Below are positions 8,607 to 18,927 of a stretch of 64,000 bases of DNA, piece by piece; positions within the stretch are counted from its first letter, which is position 1, and every line of letters starts with the position of its first letter. A program made the translations under genes and the position numbers. This DNA comes from Candidatus Yanofskybacteria bacterium (GTDB taxonomy: Bacteria; Patescibacteriota; Minisyncoccia; 2-02-FULL-40-12; GWA2-44-9), in contig JADZAY010000009.1 in assembly GCA_020852375.1 (NCBI GenBank), positions 12,690 to 76,689 of the forward strand. The letters are read 5' to 3'. The notes beneath the pieces were generated by a model. It searched no databases. It saw only the letters and a program-made list of their open reading frames with translations, and had not been told where the DNA came from.

Positions 8607-8660
8607 TGAACACAACACCGAACGGCGTGACCCGCCGTTCGGTGTTGTAGGGGCTCCGAC

Positions 8661-9311
8661 CTACTGACTCGGCGTCGGAGTGGGGGAAGCGGACGCAGAA
8701 GCCGACGGGGTTGGGGTTGGACTACCGCCGCCGATTCCTCGCATCGAGACGATGACCCGAATAAGCGCCTGGTGCGCCTCCCGGATCTTTCCGGTCACAC
8801 CCTTGTGCAGATCACGAATCTTCTGCATCGCATCGGAAAGCGAATTGCTCGCGATGATCGAACCGATCTGACCGGCCGCATCATCAAGCGCCTTCCTTGC
8901 GGCATCGATCTTCACGCGGGCCGCAGCAAGATCTGCCTTTTGGGTGGTCACATTCTTCCCGTTCGCCTCAGCCTTCTCCAATCGATCCTCAATGCGATCG
9001 GCGAGTTTGCGCTGGCGCTCGATCAGCTTCGCGAGACGCTCGCTGGTCTTCTTCCAAAACTTCTCGAGCCGCGTCTTCTGTTCCTCGGCCTTCTTCTGCT
9101 CACGCTCCTGACGGAGCTGTTCGCTTTTTGATGCGACCTCGTCACGCTTCTGCTCACGCTCCTGCTCGCGTTCATCGCGATTCTTCTGCCGCTCTTCACG
9201 AAGGCGCTCAAAGAACCCCTGCGAAGAGGATGAGTCGTCCGCAAGGGCGGGGGAGATGAGGCCTCCGACCATGGCGACCGTTACTGCCGCTACGAGGAAG
9301 TGTTTGTTCAT
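8661..9311 (-). CDS. Secreted coiled-coil protein with Pro/Thr/Ser tail
   Basis: Signal peptide ending ALA, E/R/K-rich heptads, PTPTPS tail. Confidence 0.85.
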   Translation of the reverse strand: MNKHFLVAAVTVAMVGGLISPALADDSSSSQGFFERLREERQKNRDEREQEREQKRDEVASKSEQLRQEREQKKAEEQKTRLEKFWKKTSERLAKLIERQRKLADRIEDRLEKAEANGKNVTTQKADLAAARVKIDAARKALDDAAGQIGSIIASNSLSDAMQKIRDLHKGVTGKIREAHQALIRVIVSMRGIGGGSPTPTPSASASASPTPTPSQ

Positions 9312-9344
9312 AACGCTAGTATATACGATATCCGCTACGCAGGG

Positions 9345-9372
9345 TATGACGCTCCCCGCGTCGATCTCTTAC
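9345..9372 (-). promoter_or_regulatory. Predicted ECF promoter GTAAGAG-N14-CGTCATA (coiled-coil gene)
   Basis: Matches 8579-8606. Confidence 0.75.
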
Positions 9373-9417
9373 AGCACTGGCAAAAATGCGCCTTTTGTGC
9401 TATATTCCATACACTTT

Positions 9418-9488
9418 GGGCCTGTAGTTAAGTGGTATAACGGCGCATTCGCATTGCGCAAGCGGGAGTTCGATTCTCCCCAGGTCCA
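9418..9488 (+). tRNA. tRNA-Ala(CGC)
   Basis: G3:U70, GCGCA-TT-CGC-AT-TGCGC. Confidence 0.95.
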
Positions 9489-9498
9489 CCGATTGCCC

Positions 9499-11481
9499 AT
9501 GAATCCCATCCTCGACGGCCTCAATGAAAAGCAGGTCGAAGCCGTCACCACCACCGAAGGGCCCGTGCTGGTCATCTCGGGACCCGGGTCCGGGAAAACG
9601 CGCGCGCTCACGCACCGCATCGCGTACCTCATCGCGTCCGGCGTCCGCCCCGAGCATATCCTCGCCGTCACCTTCACCAACAAGGCGGCAGGGGAGATCA
9701 AAGAGCGGGTGACCTCGCTCCTCGGGCACCGTACCTCGCCGGCGGCGCGCCATCCCATTCCGACCATCGGCACGTTTCACTCAATCGGACTCCGCATACT
9801 TCGCCGACACGCGGAACGCATCGGATACGGTACGAACTTCACGATCCTCGACAGCGGAGATCAGCAGGCGCTCATTCGGCGCATCAGCGCCGATCTTGAG
9901 CTCGACTCGAAACGATACAGTCCGGGATCACTGCTCGGCAAGATCCAGAAACTCAAAACGGAACTCGTCGGACACCATCAGTACACCGGCACCGGACACA
10001 CGGAAAAGATCCTCGAGCGCGTGTACCGAGCGTACCAGGGTAGATTGGAATCGATGAACGCCGTCGACTTTGGAGACCTCATCTTCCTGACCGTCCGACT
10101 TCTCCGCGAACACCCCGATATTCTCGCGCACTATCAGGGCTTGTGGCGCTACCTCCTGGTAGACGAGTATCAGGACACCAGCCACGATCAGTACACGCTC
10201 ATCAATCTTCTTGCGGCAGGGCACGGTAACATCTTCTGCATCGGGGACGACGCGCAGTCGATCTACCTCTTTCGCCAAGCAGACATTCGGAACATCCTGA
10301 ACTTCCAGCGTGATTGGCCGAACGGAAAAGTCATCCTTCTTGAACAAAACTACCGCTCAACGAAAACCATCCTCGCGGCGGCACAGGCAGTCATCTCGAA
10401 TAACGCATCACAGATCCCGAAGGAGCTGTGGACCAACAATGCAGCGGGGGAGCAGATCACGGTTACCGAAACGGTCAGCGAGCGCCATGAGGCGCAGCAC
10501 CTTATTGAAACCCTCCGGACGCTCCAGCGCCGCCGATACACGCTGGCCGACTGCGCCGTTCTGTATCGGACCCATGCGCAGAGCCGCGCGCTCGAAGAGC
10601 AGCTCGTCCGCGCCGGCATCCCGTACCGCATCGTTGGTGGTATCCGGTTCTACGAACGAAGAGAGGTGAAGGATATTCTCGCGTATGCGCGCCTCCTCGC
10701 AAATCCGAACGACACGGTGAGCTTCGAGCGCATCGCCAATGTTCCCGCGCGCGGCATCGGGACGACGACCATCGACCGCCTCCTCGCCACTGACGCTCCG
10801 GATCGCATCTCGGCCGTCGGCATCCTCGCGCAAGAATATCCACCGACCGGAAGGGCGGGGAAGTCGCTCGATTCGCTTCATTCGCTTCTCGTGCGTCTCC
10901 AGCGCATTGCGCAAGAAAAGAAGCCGAGCGAAGTCATTCGTGCCATCCTCAAGCACACCGCATACGAAGACTATCTCCGCACTCAAAAGGGCCAGGATGC
11001 CGAGAGCGCCGAGGAGCGCGTTGAGAACGTACGCGAACTGCTGACCGTCGCGGCAAAGTACGACTCCGAAGGCTCTGCCGGTATGCGAACATTCCTCGAA
11101 GAGGTCGCGCTCCTTCAGGACACCGATCAGCTCGCCGCCGAAGACGCCGCCGTCACGCTCATGACCATGCACGCCGCAAAAGGCCTCGAGTTTCCAGTCG
11201 TATATGTTTGCGGCATGGAGGAGGGCCTCTTCCCGCACAGTCGGACCGTGTGGGCCCCGCATGAGCTCGAAGAGGAGCGCCGTCTCTGCTATGTTGCCAT
11301 TACTCGGGCTAAGGAACGCCTGTTCATCAGTCTTGCGAAGTGGCGCAACATTTTCGGTTCTCGGCAAGCGAACATTCCTTCCCGTTTTCTTTCGGAGATT
11401 CCCGCGCACCTGCTCTCGTGGCAGCGGATCGAACCCGACGACCGCTCTGCCGACGACGAGCGCATTGACTATGACTTCTAA
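9499..11481 (+). CDS. pcrA: ATP-dependent DNA helicase UvrD/PcrA
   Basis: GPGSGKT, VDEYQD, GDDAQSIY, QNYRST, HAAKGLEF, YVAITRA. Confidence 0.95.
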   Translation: MNPILDGLNEKQVEAVTTTEGPVLVISGPGSGKTRALTHRIAYLIASGVRPEHILAVTFTNKAAGEIKERVTSLLGHRTSPAARHPIPTIGTFHSIGLRILRRHAERIGYGTNFTILDSGDQQALIRRISADLELDSKRYSPGSLLGKIQKLKTELVGHHQYTGTGHTEKILERVYRAYQGRLESMNAVDFGDLIFLTVRLLREHPDILAHYQGLWRYLLVDEYQDTSHDQYTLINLLAAGHGNIFCIGDDAQSIYLFRQADIRNILNFQRDWPNGKVILLEQNYRSTKTILAAAQAVISNNASQIPKELWTNNAAGEQITVTETVSERHEAQHLIETLRTLQRRRYTLADCAVLYRTHAQSRALEEQLVRAGIPYRIVGGIRFYERREVKDILAYARLLANPNDTVSFERIANVPARGIGTTTIDRLLATDAPDRISAVGILAQEYPPTGRAGKSLDSLHSLLVRLQRIAQEKKPSEVIRAILKHTAYEDYLRTQKGQDAESAEERVENVRELLTVAAKYDSEGSAGMRTFLEEVALLQDTDQLAAEDAAVTLMTMHAAKGLEFPVVYVCGMEEGLFPHSRTVWAPHELEEERRLCYVAITRAKERLFISLAKWRNIFGSRQANIPSRFLSEIPAHLLSWQRIEPDDRSADDERIDYDF

Positions 11482-12241
11482 GATCTCTATTCCCGCAAAG
11501 CGATCGCTCGGCCAGAACTTTCTCGTCAATGAAGGCGTGCTCGACCGCATCGTCAGTGCCGCCGACATTCACCCCGGCGACACCGTGCTTGAGATCGGTC
11601 CGGGCAGGGGAGCGCTCACGCAGAAGCTCGCCGAAACCGGTGCTCGCATTGTTGCCGTTGAGAAAGACCGCCGCCTCATCGCTCCGCTCACAGAACTGTT
11701 CGCCGCGCACACGAACGTCGCCATCCGAGAGGGCGACGTCCTGAAACTTGATACCGACGACCTTTCGCTGGAGGCGGGCGCGTATAAACTGGTCGCGAAT
11801 ATTCCGTATTACCTGACCGGACACCTTTTCCGCCTCATGCTCGAAGCGTGGCCGCCACCGTCGTGCGCGGTGCTCATGGTGCAGCGCGAAGTCGCTGACC
11901 GCATCATGGCGGAACCGCCAGACATGAACCTCCTCGCGCTTTCAGTGCGCCTGCACGCGACTCCAAGCATCGTCATGCGCGTTTCTCGCGGCAGCTTCCG
12001 CCCCATTCCGGATGTCGATTCTGCGGTCGTTCGCCTCGCTCTTTCACCGCTGACAGCCGCCGAGCGCTCATCGAACAAAGATATTCTCGCTATTGCAAAG
12101 CGGGCATTCGGACAAAAGCGGAAACAACTCACTGCGAGCATCGATGAGGCCGTCCTCCAAGCCGCCGGCATCCCGCCACACGCACGACCCCAAGAGCTTT
12201 CCGTCGACGACTGGCGACGGATCGCACTGGCCTTTCATTAG
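11471..12241 (+). CDS. rsmA: 16S rRNA dimethyladenosine transferase
   Basis: KRSLGQNFL, EIGPGRG, ANIPYY. Confidence 0.96.
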   Translation: MTSKISIPAKRSLGQNFLVNEGVLDRIVSAADIHPGDTVLEIGPGRGALTQKLAETGARIVAVEKDRRLIAPLTELFAAHTNVAIREGDVLKLDTDDLSLEAGAYKLVANIPYYLTGHLFRLMLEAWPPPSCAVLMVQREVADRIMAEPPDMNLLALSVRLHATPSIVMRVSRGSFRPIPDVDSAVVRLALSPLTAAERSSNKDILAIAKRAFGQKRKQLTASIDEAVLQAAGIPPHARPQELSVDDWRRIALAFH

Positions 12242-12295
12242 ATATACACACAAGGCCTCATTTTTTGCGAAAAAAGAATGATAGAATGAGGTCAC

Positions 12296-13213
12296 ATGAG
12301 CGGAAGACTGAAATTCCTTCTCGCTGTTTTGGCTGTGGGTGCCGGCCTTCTTTTCTGGTACTTCGCAAGCTACGGCCCAGCACCCTCGAAGCAGGCGGTC
12401 TCTGCGTCGCTCTACCAGAAGACCACCGCGACGCTCCAAGACACCGATAGCGATGGCCTCGGGGATCACGAAGAGACCTATTGGGGAACGGATTTCAAAA
12501 ACCCTGACAGCGACGGCGATGGATTCTCCGACGGGGAAGAGGTGTTGAGCGGGCACAATCCCGCAAAGAAAGGTCCTGACGACTTTTTGAATGAACGCCG
12601 TAATCTGACCGAACGAACCAGCACACTTCTGTTGGGCGGCCTCGTTGCCGGAGACCTGAATCCAGAAAGCCCCCAGTACGAAGCATCAGTCACTGCACTC
12701 GTCGACCAGTTGTTCGATCAATACAGCGCGAACACCGCCGTCGAGCTCGATTCGCTCACCTACAGCGACAACTCCACGGACGCCCTTATTCGCTACGGTC
12801 TCGCCATGAGCCGGATTCTTCCGAAATTGTTCTCCGAAACCGCAGAAGGATTCGTGAAGACGCTCGGAGTCGTGGGAAGCACCCCCATCGATGCACTCTC
12901 GAAGCTTCAGAAAGAGCAACCGGAAACCTACCGCACATTCGCCGCATCCATCGACACCCAGATTGTGCTCCTGGAGACCTACGCGGCAGACCTTAAGAAG
13001 CTCAAGGTTCCACCATCCATGCGCACCGCGCACCAGAATATGCTCCTCTTCGTCCGCGGATACCAACAGCAGTACCGCGCGGTACGCGACATCAGCCGCG
13101 ACCCGCTCCAGGGCATTATCGCACTCCAGGTGCTTGAGTCGCTCACCGCGGACACCTCCATAGAAATCAGCTCTGATTTTTCAAATCGCCTCGCCCGGGC
13201 ATTCCAGCAATGA
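12296..13213 (+). CDS. Membrane-anchored protein with TSP3-like Ca-binding DxDxDG repeats
   Basis: N-terminal TM; DTDSDGLGDHEE, DSDGDGFSDGEE. Confidence 0.8.
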   Translation: MSGRLKFLLAVLAVGAGLLFWYFASYGPAPSKQAVSASLYQKTTATLQDTDSDGLGDHEETYWGTDFKNPDSDGDGFSDGEEVLSGHNPAKKGPDDFLNERRNLTERTSTLLLGGLVAGDLNPESPQYEASVTALVDQLFDQYSANTAVELDSLTYSDNSTDALIRYGLAMSRILPKLFSETAEGFVKTLGVVGSTPIDALSKLQKEQPETYRTFAASIDTQIVLLETYAADLKKLKVPPSMRTAHQNMLLFVRGYQQQYRAVRDISRDPLQGIIALQVLESLTADTSIEISSDFSNRLARAFQQ

Positions 13214-14874
13214 AATCCCGCTTCATCGCAATTTCCATACTCGCAATCGCCTCGCTCTTTGCGATTGTTCTGGGAGGAGCTCGCCCCGCCACCGCTGCAT
13301 TCGACACTACCCAGCTCTCCCCAGGACAACCCGTGAGCCAGGAAACGAGCACCACGCTTTCCGATATCATAAAAAACCGCGGTCTTACCGGGGATCGCTA
13401 CAAACAGATCTGCGTCGCCGGAAACATCTTTACCCTTTTCAAGGGGAATCTTGATGAAATTGGAAAGCGAATACTGAACCAGCTTGGGGGAATACTGAAA
13501 GACGTGTTCGCGATCATGAAAAAGACTTTGGTCGCATGCGCGGCGAATAGCATTCTAAACAGATTCGGCCTCCCCTCGATCCCTTGTAGCCAGATCGTCG
13601 CATCGGAAACAACCGCATATTTGAAAGCACGCGCCGAAGTCGACTTGAAACAGAGCTTCATAGCGCGATGCGTGGTAGACCAGCAGATCAACGACATCAC
13701 CAACACCATCGACCGCATGATCCAGGAGCAGGGGCCGGAAGGCGGCCCCGCATGGGCAACCAACTGGATCGAGAACTCATACGTGAACCCCGACCGCCAG
13801 GCATACCGCCGCTTCTGGACCCTGCTCGTGAACACTGATATCTGCGAGTACATGCGGCAGGACGTATACAACTACTTCGATGTCCCGCAGTCGTACCGTG
13901 AAAATCCGCCGGTAATGAACCTCACCGAGCTCAGCGTTGACGGGGGAACCCCGTTCCCGCTATCAGCCGCATGCACTGCAAAAGGTTGGGCCCCGGGCAA
14001 GATCACCGATACCCAGACATTCGCCACGAATGGTGGCTTCGCTCTTCTGAGCCGCCTTTCAGAGCCCCAAAACAACCCTACCGGCTTCATCCGTCTCGCC
14101 GAAGCAGAGCTGAGAAAACAGCGGGCGACGATGATAGATTCGGTCACCAACCAACTCGTCAGCGGCGGTGGCGTGTTCCCGGTCTACGGAACGAAAGAGG
14201 AGAGCTGCAACATGGACCCCGATGGCAACTGCGTCACGAATGGCCGCATCCGTCAGGCGCCCGGCGTCGCTCGCGACCTCATCAACTCCTCGTTCAACGC
14301 ACAACTAACATTTCTCAATAACACCAACGGAACGACTGCGAAGGCCATGGAGGATATTTCCGCTCGCATCCGTGCGCGCATGCTCGATATGGCAAACCAG
14401 CCGCTCCCCATTAAGCTCGAACTCGGCCTTGAGGACGACCCGGACAACGTCATCACCCCAACCCCGACACCGAGCGTCTCCCCGGGCGAATATCCGCCCG
14501 ATGATCCATCCTGCACGGGCGGGAACCCACAGTGCACCTGCGTACGGAGCGAACCGAACGCCGTTGCGCTCGTCGGCTCGGTCGTCCGGAGCGCCGTCGA
14601 GCGAGCCATGCAGCTGAACCCGGCATTCTTTGATCCCCCGGGGAGCAACCGCATCGCTTCCGGCGTGAACTACCGGACCGTTCTTCAGGCGGTATGCGAT
14701 CAGATGCAGCCGCCGCAGGGAACCATCTGCAAGCCGCACCCGGGGCAAGACGATGAGATCGTACTGGTGACGCAAATCATGAGCATTTCAGTCGACGTGA
14801 TCACCGGCGACGGAGGATTGCGTTCGAACGGAGGCAACCCCGTCGCCGCATGTGAGCTTGGAGTTCAAGACTAG
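13210..14874 (+). CDS. Secreted Cys-rich hypothetical protein of the T4SS-like operon
   Basis: Signal peptide, many cysteines, PT linker; ATGA coupling. Confidence 0.8.
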   Translation: MKSRFIAISILAIASLFAIVLGGARPATAAFDTTQLSPGQPVSQETSTTLSDIIKNRGLTGDRYKQICVAGNIFTLFKGNLDEIGKRILNQLGGILKDVFAIMKKTLVACAANSILNRFGLPSIPCSQIVASETTAYLKARAEVDLKQSFIARCVVDQQINDITNTIDRMIQEQGPEGGPAWATNWIENSYVNPDRQAYRRFWTLLVNTDICEYMRQDVYNYFDVPQSYRENPPVMNLTELSVDGGTPFPLSAACTAKGWAPGKITDTQTFATNGGFALLSRLSEPQNNPTGFIRLAEAELRKQRATMIDSVTNQLVSGGGVFPVYGTKEESCNMDPDGNCVTNGRIRQAPGVARDLINSSFNAQLTFLNNTNGTTAKAMEDISARIRARMLDMANQPLPIKLELGLEDDPDNVITPTPTPSVSPGEYPPDDPSCTGGNPQCTCVRSEPNAVALVGSVVRSAVERAMQLNPAFFDPPGSNRIASGVNYRTVLQAVCDQMQPPQGTICKPHPGQDDEIVLVTQIMSISVDVITGDGGLRSNGGNPVAACELGVQD

Positions 14875-14876
14875 CC

Positions 14877-17465
14877 ATGACCCTACGCCGATCCATAGTA
14901 TTTATAGGACTCCTCACCATCGCAGTCGCGGTCGTGCCGCATGCGGCGCATGCGGCATCAAGCCCTGTCGAGTTTTTGACTGACCCTGGACTGTACATCA
15001 CCGTCATGATCCGGGATGTCCTGCAGTTCGTCGCCGGCGTCTTGACGGACTTTATTGTATGGATCGGAGACCGTCTTCAAGAAATTCTAAACCTACCGCT
15101 CAGCACCGGTGGCGTCGCCGTGTATGCGGTATGGAAGATGCTCCGCGACATGTGCAACATGCTGTTCATCGTTGCATTTATCGTTATGTCATTCGCGACC
15201 ATCTTCGGGGTGTTTCTGAAAGGGGACTATTACTACAGCAACGCCATCAAGGGCGTGCTTATCGCGGCGATCACGATCAACTTTAGTCTCGCGGTTGGTC
15301 AGACGATCATTTGGGGAGGGAATGAAGCCACAAAAATGGTCCTCGATCTCCTCCCAGAAAACACCGGGGCATCGATTGCGTTAAAACTAAGGGTCCTCGA
15401 TGTCATCGGTGGGGCCCAGGAAGGCAACGCAATTTCTTCACCGAACCAAAACACTGCCCGCGGTCGACTCACGCCGGCGCAGCGGATCGTTTATGACGCG
15501 TGGAGTAAGGATGGCAACACCGATGCAAAAAAGGTTCTTGAGGACTGCTTAGCGCACAATGGAACCCCTGCACAATGCATGGAGCAGGCCACGCAGTCGA
15601 CGTCCTTCGCCGAAGACGTCTTGAGCGCGGCCGGAGCTGCCTACTCAACAACAGGGGAGGCGCTTACCGCCGGCGTCGAGGCGCTCGCCGGGCAAGTGGT
15701 GCCAGGTGGGGCAACAATCCTCCGATCGCTAACGGGAAGAGAAACTAAAGGGGATAAAGACTGGAAAACCCAGCTCGAAATAATCGAGTCGATCATCATC
15801 CAAATCCTCTTCCTGCTGGTTCTGTCACTCTCATTCCTCGCGGTGCTCGTCTTCATGATCATACGGATACCTGCGATGTGGCTCCTTCTTTCCGTATCGC
15901 CGCTCGCATTCTTCTCGCTTGCGATCCCGGGACAGAGTCGCTTCAAGGACTGGTTCAACGGTGTTCTCGCGTGGTCTATCTTCTCGCCTCTGTACCTATT
16001 CATCGTCTACATCGGCCTCTACCTCGTCGAACGCCAAGGCGCGCTCCTAGAGAGTCTCCGCGATCCAGGCGGCAACATCCCGTTTATCGCCGGGAACCTC
16101 GCATCACTTCTCTTCCTCATCATCGCAGGAGCTATCTTTATCGGTGGCGCTGGATGGGCGATGAAATACTCGTTCAGCCTCGGGAAAGGCATCGGCAACC
16201 TCGCCGTCGGAACTTGGTGGGGCGCTACCGCGGGGAGGTGGTTCGGTATGTCGGAGAAAGAGCCGGTACTATTTAGACTTGCCGGAAGCCTCACCGGCAT
16301 TACACCAAGACTCCAGGCCAGAAAAGAGCAGATCGCACAGAAATACGGGGATATCGTTGCTGGAGCCCGCGGACGATTCCCGTCGCTCCTGCGAACCGAA
16401 GAGGAGGCGCTCGCGTTGCGTCGAGAACAGCGCGGCGTACGTGGAGCGGACAAAAAATATGCAGATGCCATCGCAAAGCGCGTAGACACCCAAAAAGCCA
16501 TCATCGAATCGAACAGGCTTAAGACGGAGGACCTCAAGAAGCTCCTCAAAAGCGGCAACCGAGATGCCAAGCTTGCTGCCGGAGAGATTCTCCTCGGAAA
16601 AGGGGAGCTCACCGCCGAGGAGCGCGAAGTTGTGCTCAAGCAATACGGAGAAATATCGGGGCTTGCAAAGAAGAACTTCCAAACGAAGGTCACCGCGCAG
16701 CTCCAAAAGGAATCCGCGCGCACCTGGGCGAAATACACCGACACCGGGAAAGAGGGCGGGGCATTCGACTTCGAGAAGTTTATCGCCACCGCGCAGCAGG
16801 CGGGCGGATCCGAAGACAAACGCAAATTCCTCGAGGCGGCCATGCGCGGCGAGGTCGGTTCGCGAGCACGATTCGATGCGAGCCAACTCCAGAAACTAGC
16901 CGACACGCTCGACAACAATGAAGACAAGCGCCTCCTCTTCGAAACCGTTTCGAGGAGCGGCCGCAACAAGGTTGTCGCCATCGAAACTATGGCTGCCCTC
17001 GGACTTATCACCGATCGCGCCGGAAAACGCCTCGACGCCGCGGGAGCGATCGCCGATCGTATCGACTCTCTATCATCGCCAGACGATCTTCTAGATGCAG
17101 AAGATTATTACCAGCGATCCGGAAACCCGATGCCAACCCCAATCCAAGAAAAGTTTAATGCATCGCTATTCCGGGATCGCTCGAAGTCGGCGAAAATGCT
17201 CCGAAACGCAAACCCGGAACAAGTCGACCGGCTCTACGGTTCGCTTGTCCAGGAGGCTGAGCGCGTACGATCGGCTCAAGAGGGGATCGAATCCCAGAAG
17301 ACATCGGAGCGGCGCATCAAAAAGATCGAGGATCGCTGGCGAAGGCGCATGAAGGGGATTAAGAGCCAGCCAGCCCGAAGAAGTATTGAACGAAAAATTG
17401 AAAAACTCGGAGATATCCGCGAGAAACTTAAGCGGTCGTACGAACGCGCACGCAAAACGCTATGA
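14877..17465 (+). CDS. VirB6/TrbL-like polytopic membrane protein with long C-terminal helical tail
   Basis: WKMLRDMCNMLFI, INFSL, IRIPAMWLLLSVSPLAF; context with PrgI/VirB4. Confidence 0.75.
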   Translation: MTLRRSIVFIGLLTIAVAVVPHAAHAASSPVEFLTDPGLYITVMIRDVLQFVAGVLTDFIVWIGDRLQEILNLPLSTGGVAVYAVWKMLRDMCNMLFIVAFIVMSFATIFGVFLKGDYYYSNAIKGVLIAAITINFSLAVGQTIIWGGNEATKMVLDLLPENTGASIALKLRVLDVIGGAQEGNAISSPNQNTARGRLTPAQRIVYDAWSKDGNTDAKKVLEDCLAHNGTPAQCMEQATQSTSFAEDVLSAAGAAYSTTGEALTAGVEALAGQVVPGGATILRSLTGRETKGDKDWKTQLEIIESIIIQILFLLVLSLSFLAVLVFMIIRIPAMWLLLSVSPLAFFSLAIPGQSRFKDWFNGVLAWSIFSPLYLFIVYIGLYLVERQGALLESLRDPGGNIPFIAGNLASLLFLIIAGAIFIGGAGWAMKYSFSLGKGIGNLAVGTWWGATAGRWFGMSEKEPVLFRLAGSLTGITPRLQARKEQIAQKYGDIVAGARGRFPSLLRTEEEALALRREQRGVRGADKKYADAIAKRVDTQKAIIESNRLKTEDLKKLLKSGNRDAKLAAGEILLGKGELTAEEREVVLKQYGEISGLAKKNFQTKVTAQLQKESARTWAKYTDTGKEGGAFDFEKFIATAQQAGGSEDKRKFLEAAMRGEVGSRARFDASQLQKLADTLDNNEDKRLLFETVSRSGRNKVVAIETMAALGLITDRAGKRLDAAGAIADRIDSLSSPDDLLDAEDYYQRSGNPMPTPIQEKFNASLFRDRSKSAKMLRNANPEQVDRLYGSLVQEAERVRSAQEGIESQKTSERRIKKIEDRWRRRMKGIKSQPARRSIERKIEKLGDIREKLKRSYERARKTL

Positions 17466-17986
17466 TCGAACCAACCGACCCACGAAGCCCGGAGGTGATC
17501 GAATATATCTCCCTGAGTCCCTACGCGGCGGCACTGCAGGGGAAAGACCCTATCGATCGGGAGTTGTTCGGTCTGGTCTTCGACGACCTCCCGGAGCCAG
17601 TGAAAGACACGCTAACCGATCCGACCACGGTGGAAACCATCAAGCAATGGGCGCGCGACGGTCTCTTTCCGGCAACACATGCTCCGGCCATCGCGAAGCT
17701 CATCGGGCTCGTCGCGCTCGACGAGGTTGCCTTCGAGGCCATCCCTCAACTCCTTGAGCGTATCGGGCTTTCCCGGGACCAAGCGGGGCGAACCACTGCC
17801 GCGATCACAAAACTCCTGCAGGCACTCACTGATGCGCGCGCGAACGAAACAGCAGAAGAGGCGGCGCCGCAGGAACTCCGTGAGCTCCCGCCGCTTACCC
17901 AACGCGTGCCTCCGCAAGGACCCCATTCTGGCACCGAGACGCCCGCGCGTAATATAATAGACTTACGCAAGAAGCCCGAAGCATGA
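17462..17986 (+). CDS. Hypothetical protein
   Basis: ATGA-coupled on both sides. Confidence 0.75.
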   Translation: MIEPTDPRSPEVIEYISLSPYAAALQGKDPIDRELFGLVFDDLPEPVKDTLTDPTTVETIKQWARDGLFPATHAPAIAKLIGLVALDEVAFEAIPQLLERIGLSRDQAGRTTAAITKLLQALTDARANETAEEAAPQELRELPPLTQRVPPQGPHSGTETPARNIIDLRKKPEA

Positions 17987-18294
17987 AATTTCAAGTTCCT
18001 CAATTCATCGAGACGGAAACAAAGCTCATCGGGCCACTTACGCTCCGACAGTTCCTCTTCGTCGCTGGCGGCGTCAGCATGACCGCTATGGCGTATATCG
18101 CGCTGAATGGCATCTACTTTGCGATCGCCGCGATCCTCATTCTGGGATTCTTCGGAGCGCTCGCATTCGTACGGATCGACGGACAACCGTTCTTCAATTA
18201 TCTCGCCTACATGCTCGCGTACACGCTCGGCGCGAAGCGGTACATCTACCGAACCGGCGGGAACCAGAATCAATTCACACCACCTCATGCCTGA
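17983..18294 (+). CDS. PrgI family protein (VirB3-like)
   Basis: MKFQVPQFIETETKLIGPLTLRQF, two TMs. Confidence 0.9.
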   Translation: MKFQVPQFIETETKLIGPLTLRQFLFVAGGVSMTAMAYIALNGIYFAIAAILILGFFGALAFVRIDGQPFFNYLAYMLAYTLGAKRYIYRTGGNQNQFTPPHA

Positions 18295-18925
18295 ACCATC
18301 GACGACCGAACTGATCCAACTCCAATCCGTCTCGGACGGAGTCATCATCCTGAAGGACGACTCGCTCCGCGCTATCGTCGAGGTTACCGCCATCAACTTC
18401 GAGCTCCGAAGCGGCGAAGAACAGGCCGCCATTTTGCAACAATTCGCCGCATTTCTGAACTCCGTCGATTTCCCGGTCCAGCTCGTCGTCCACTCGCGCA
18501 GATTCGACATCAGCACCTACCTCGCCTCCGTACAGCAAGCCACCCAAGCACTGACTAATGACCTCCTGAAAGTGCAGGCGGAGGAATATATCCGGTTCGT
18601 CTCTGAGCTCTCAGACCTCGCGAACATCATGGCAAAGCGGTTCTACATCGTGCTGCCGCTTTCGGTCGTGCCGGTCGCCGCCAGCGGGGGATTTATCTCG
18701 GGAATCACCGGCCTGTTCAAAAAGAAGCCGAAAGAAACGGCGATCTCCCCAGAGCGCATCGCCCAATACAAGTCTCAGCTTCAGCAACGCGCGGAGATCG
18801 TCATCGGCGGCATCTCCGGCATGGGTTTGCGTGGGCGCATGCTCGAACAAGCGGAGGTCGTCACCCTGTTCAACGCGCTCTACAATCCGGTCATTCCCGC
18901 AACCAAGAAACCAGAAACACCGTAA
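18287..18925 (+). CDS. VirB4-associated protein (TraC/TrsD-like)
   Basis: INFELRSGEEQAAI...FLNSVDFPVQ, KRFYIVLP. Confidence 0.75.
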   Translation: MPEPSTTELIQLQSVSDGVIILKDDSLRAIVEVTAINFELRSGEEQAAILQQFAAFLNSVDFPVQLVVHSRRFDISTYLASVQQATQALTNDLLKVQAEEYIRFVSELSDLANIMAKRFYIVLPLSVVPVAASGGFISGITGLFKKKPKETAISPERIAQYKSQLQQRAEIVIGGISGMGLRGRMLEQAEVVTLFNALYNPVIPATKKPETP

Positions 18926-18927
18926 CC

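Noticed and set aside
9256-9498. N-terminal extensions of ORF-track calls (pcrA, HNH, GGCT, tyrS, nusA, tig, yebC)
   Set aside because: They run through tRNA genes, promoters or neighbouring CDS; downstream starts fit the family N-termini
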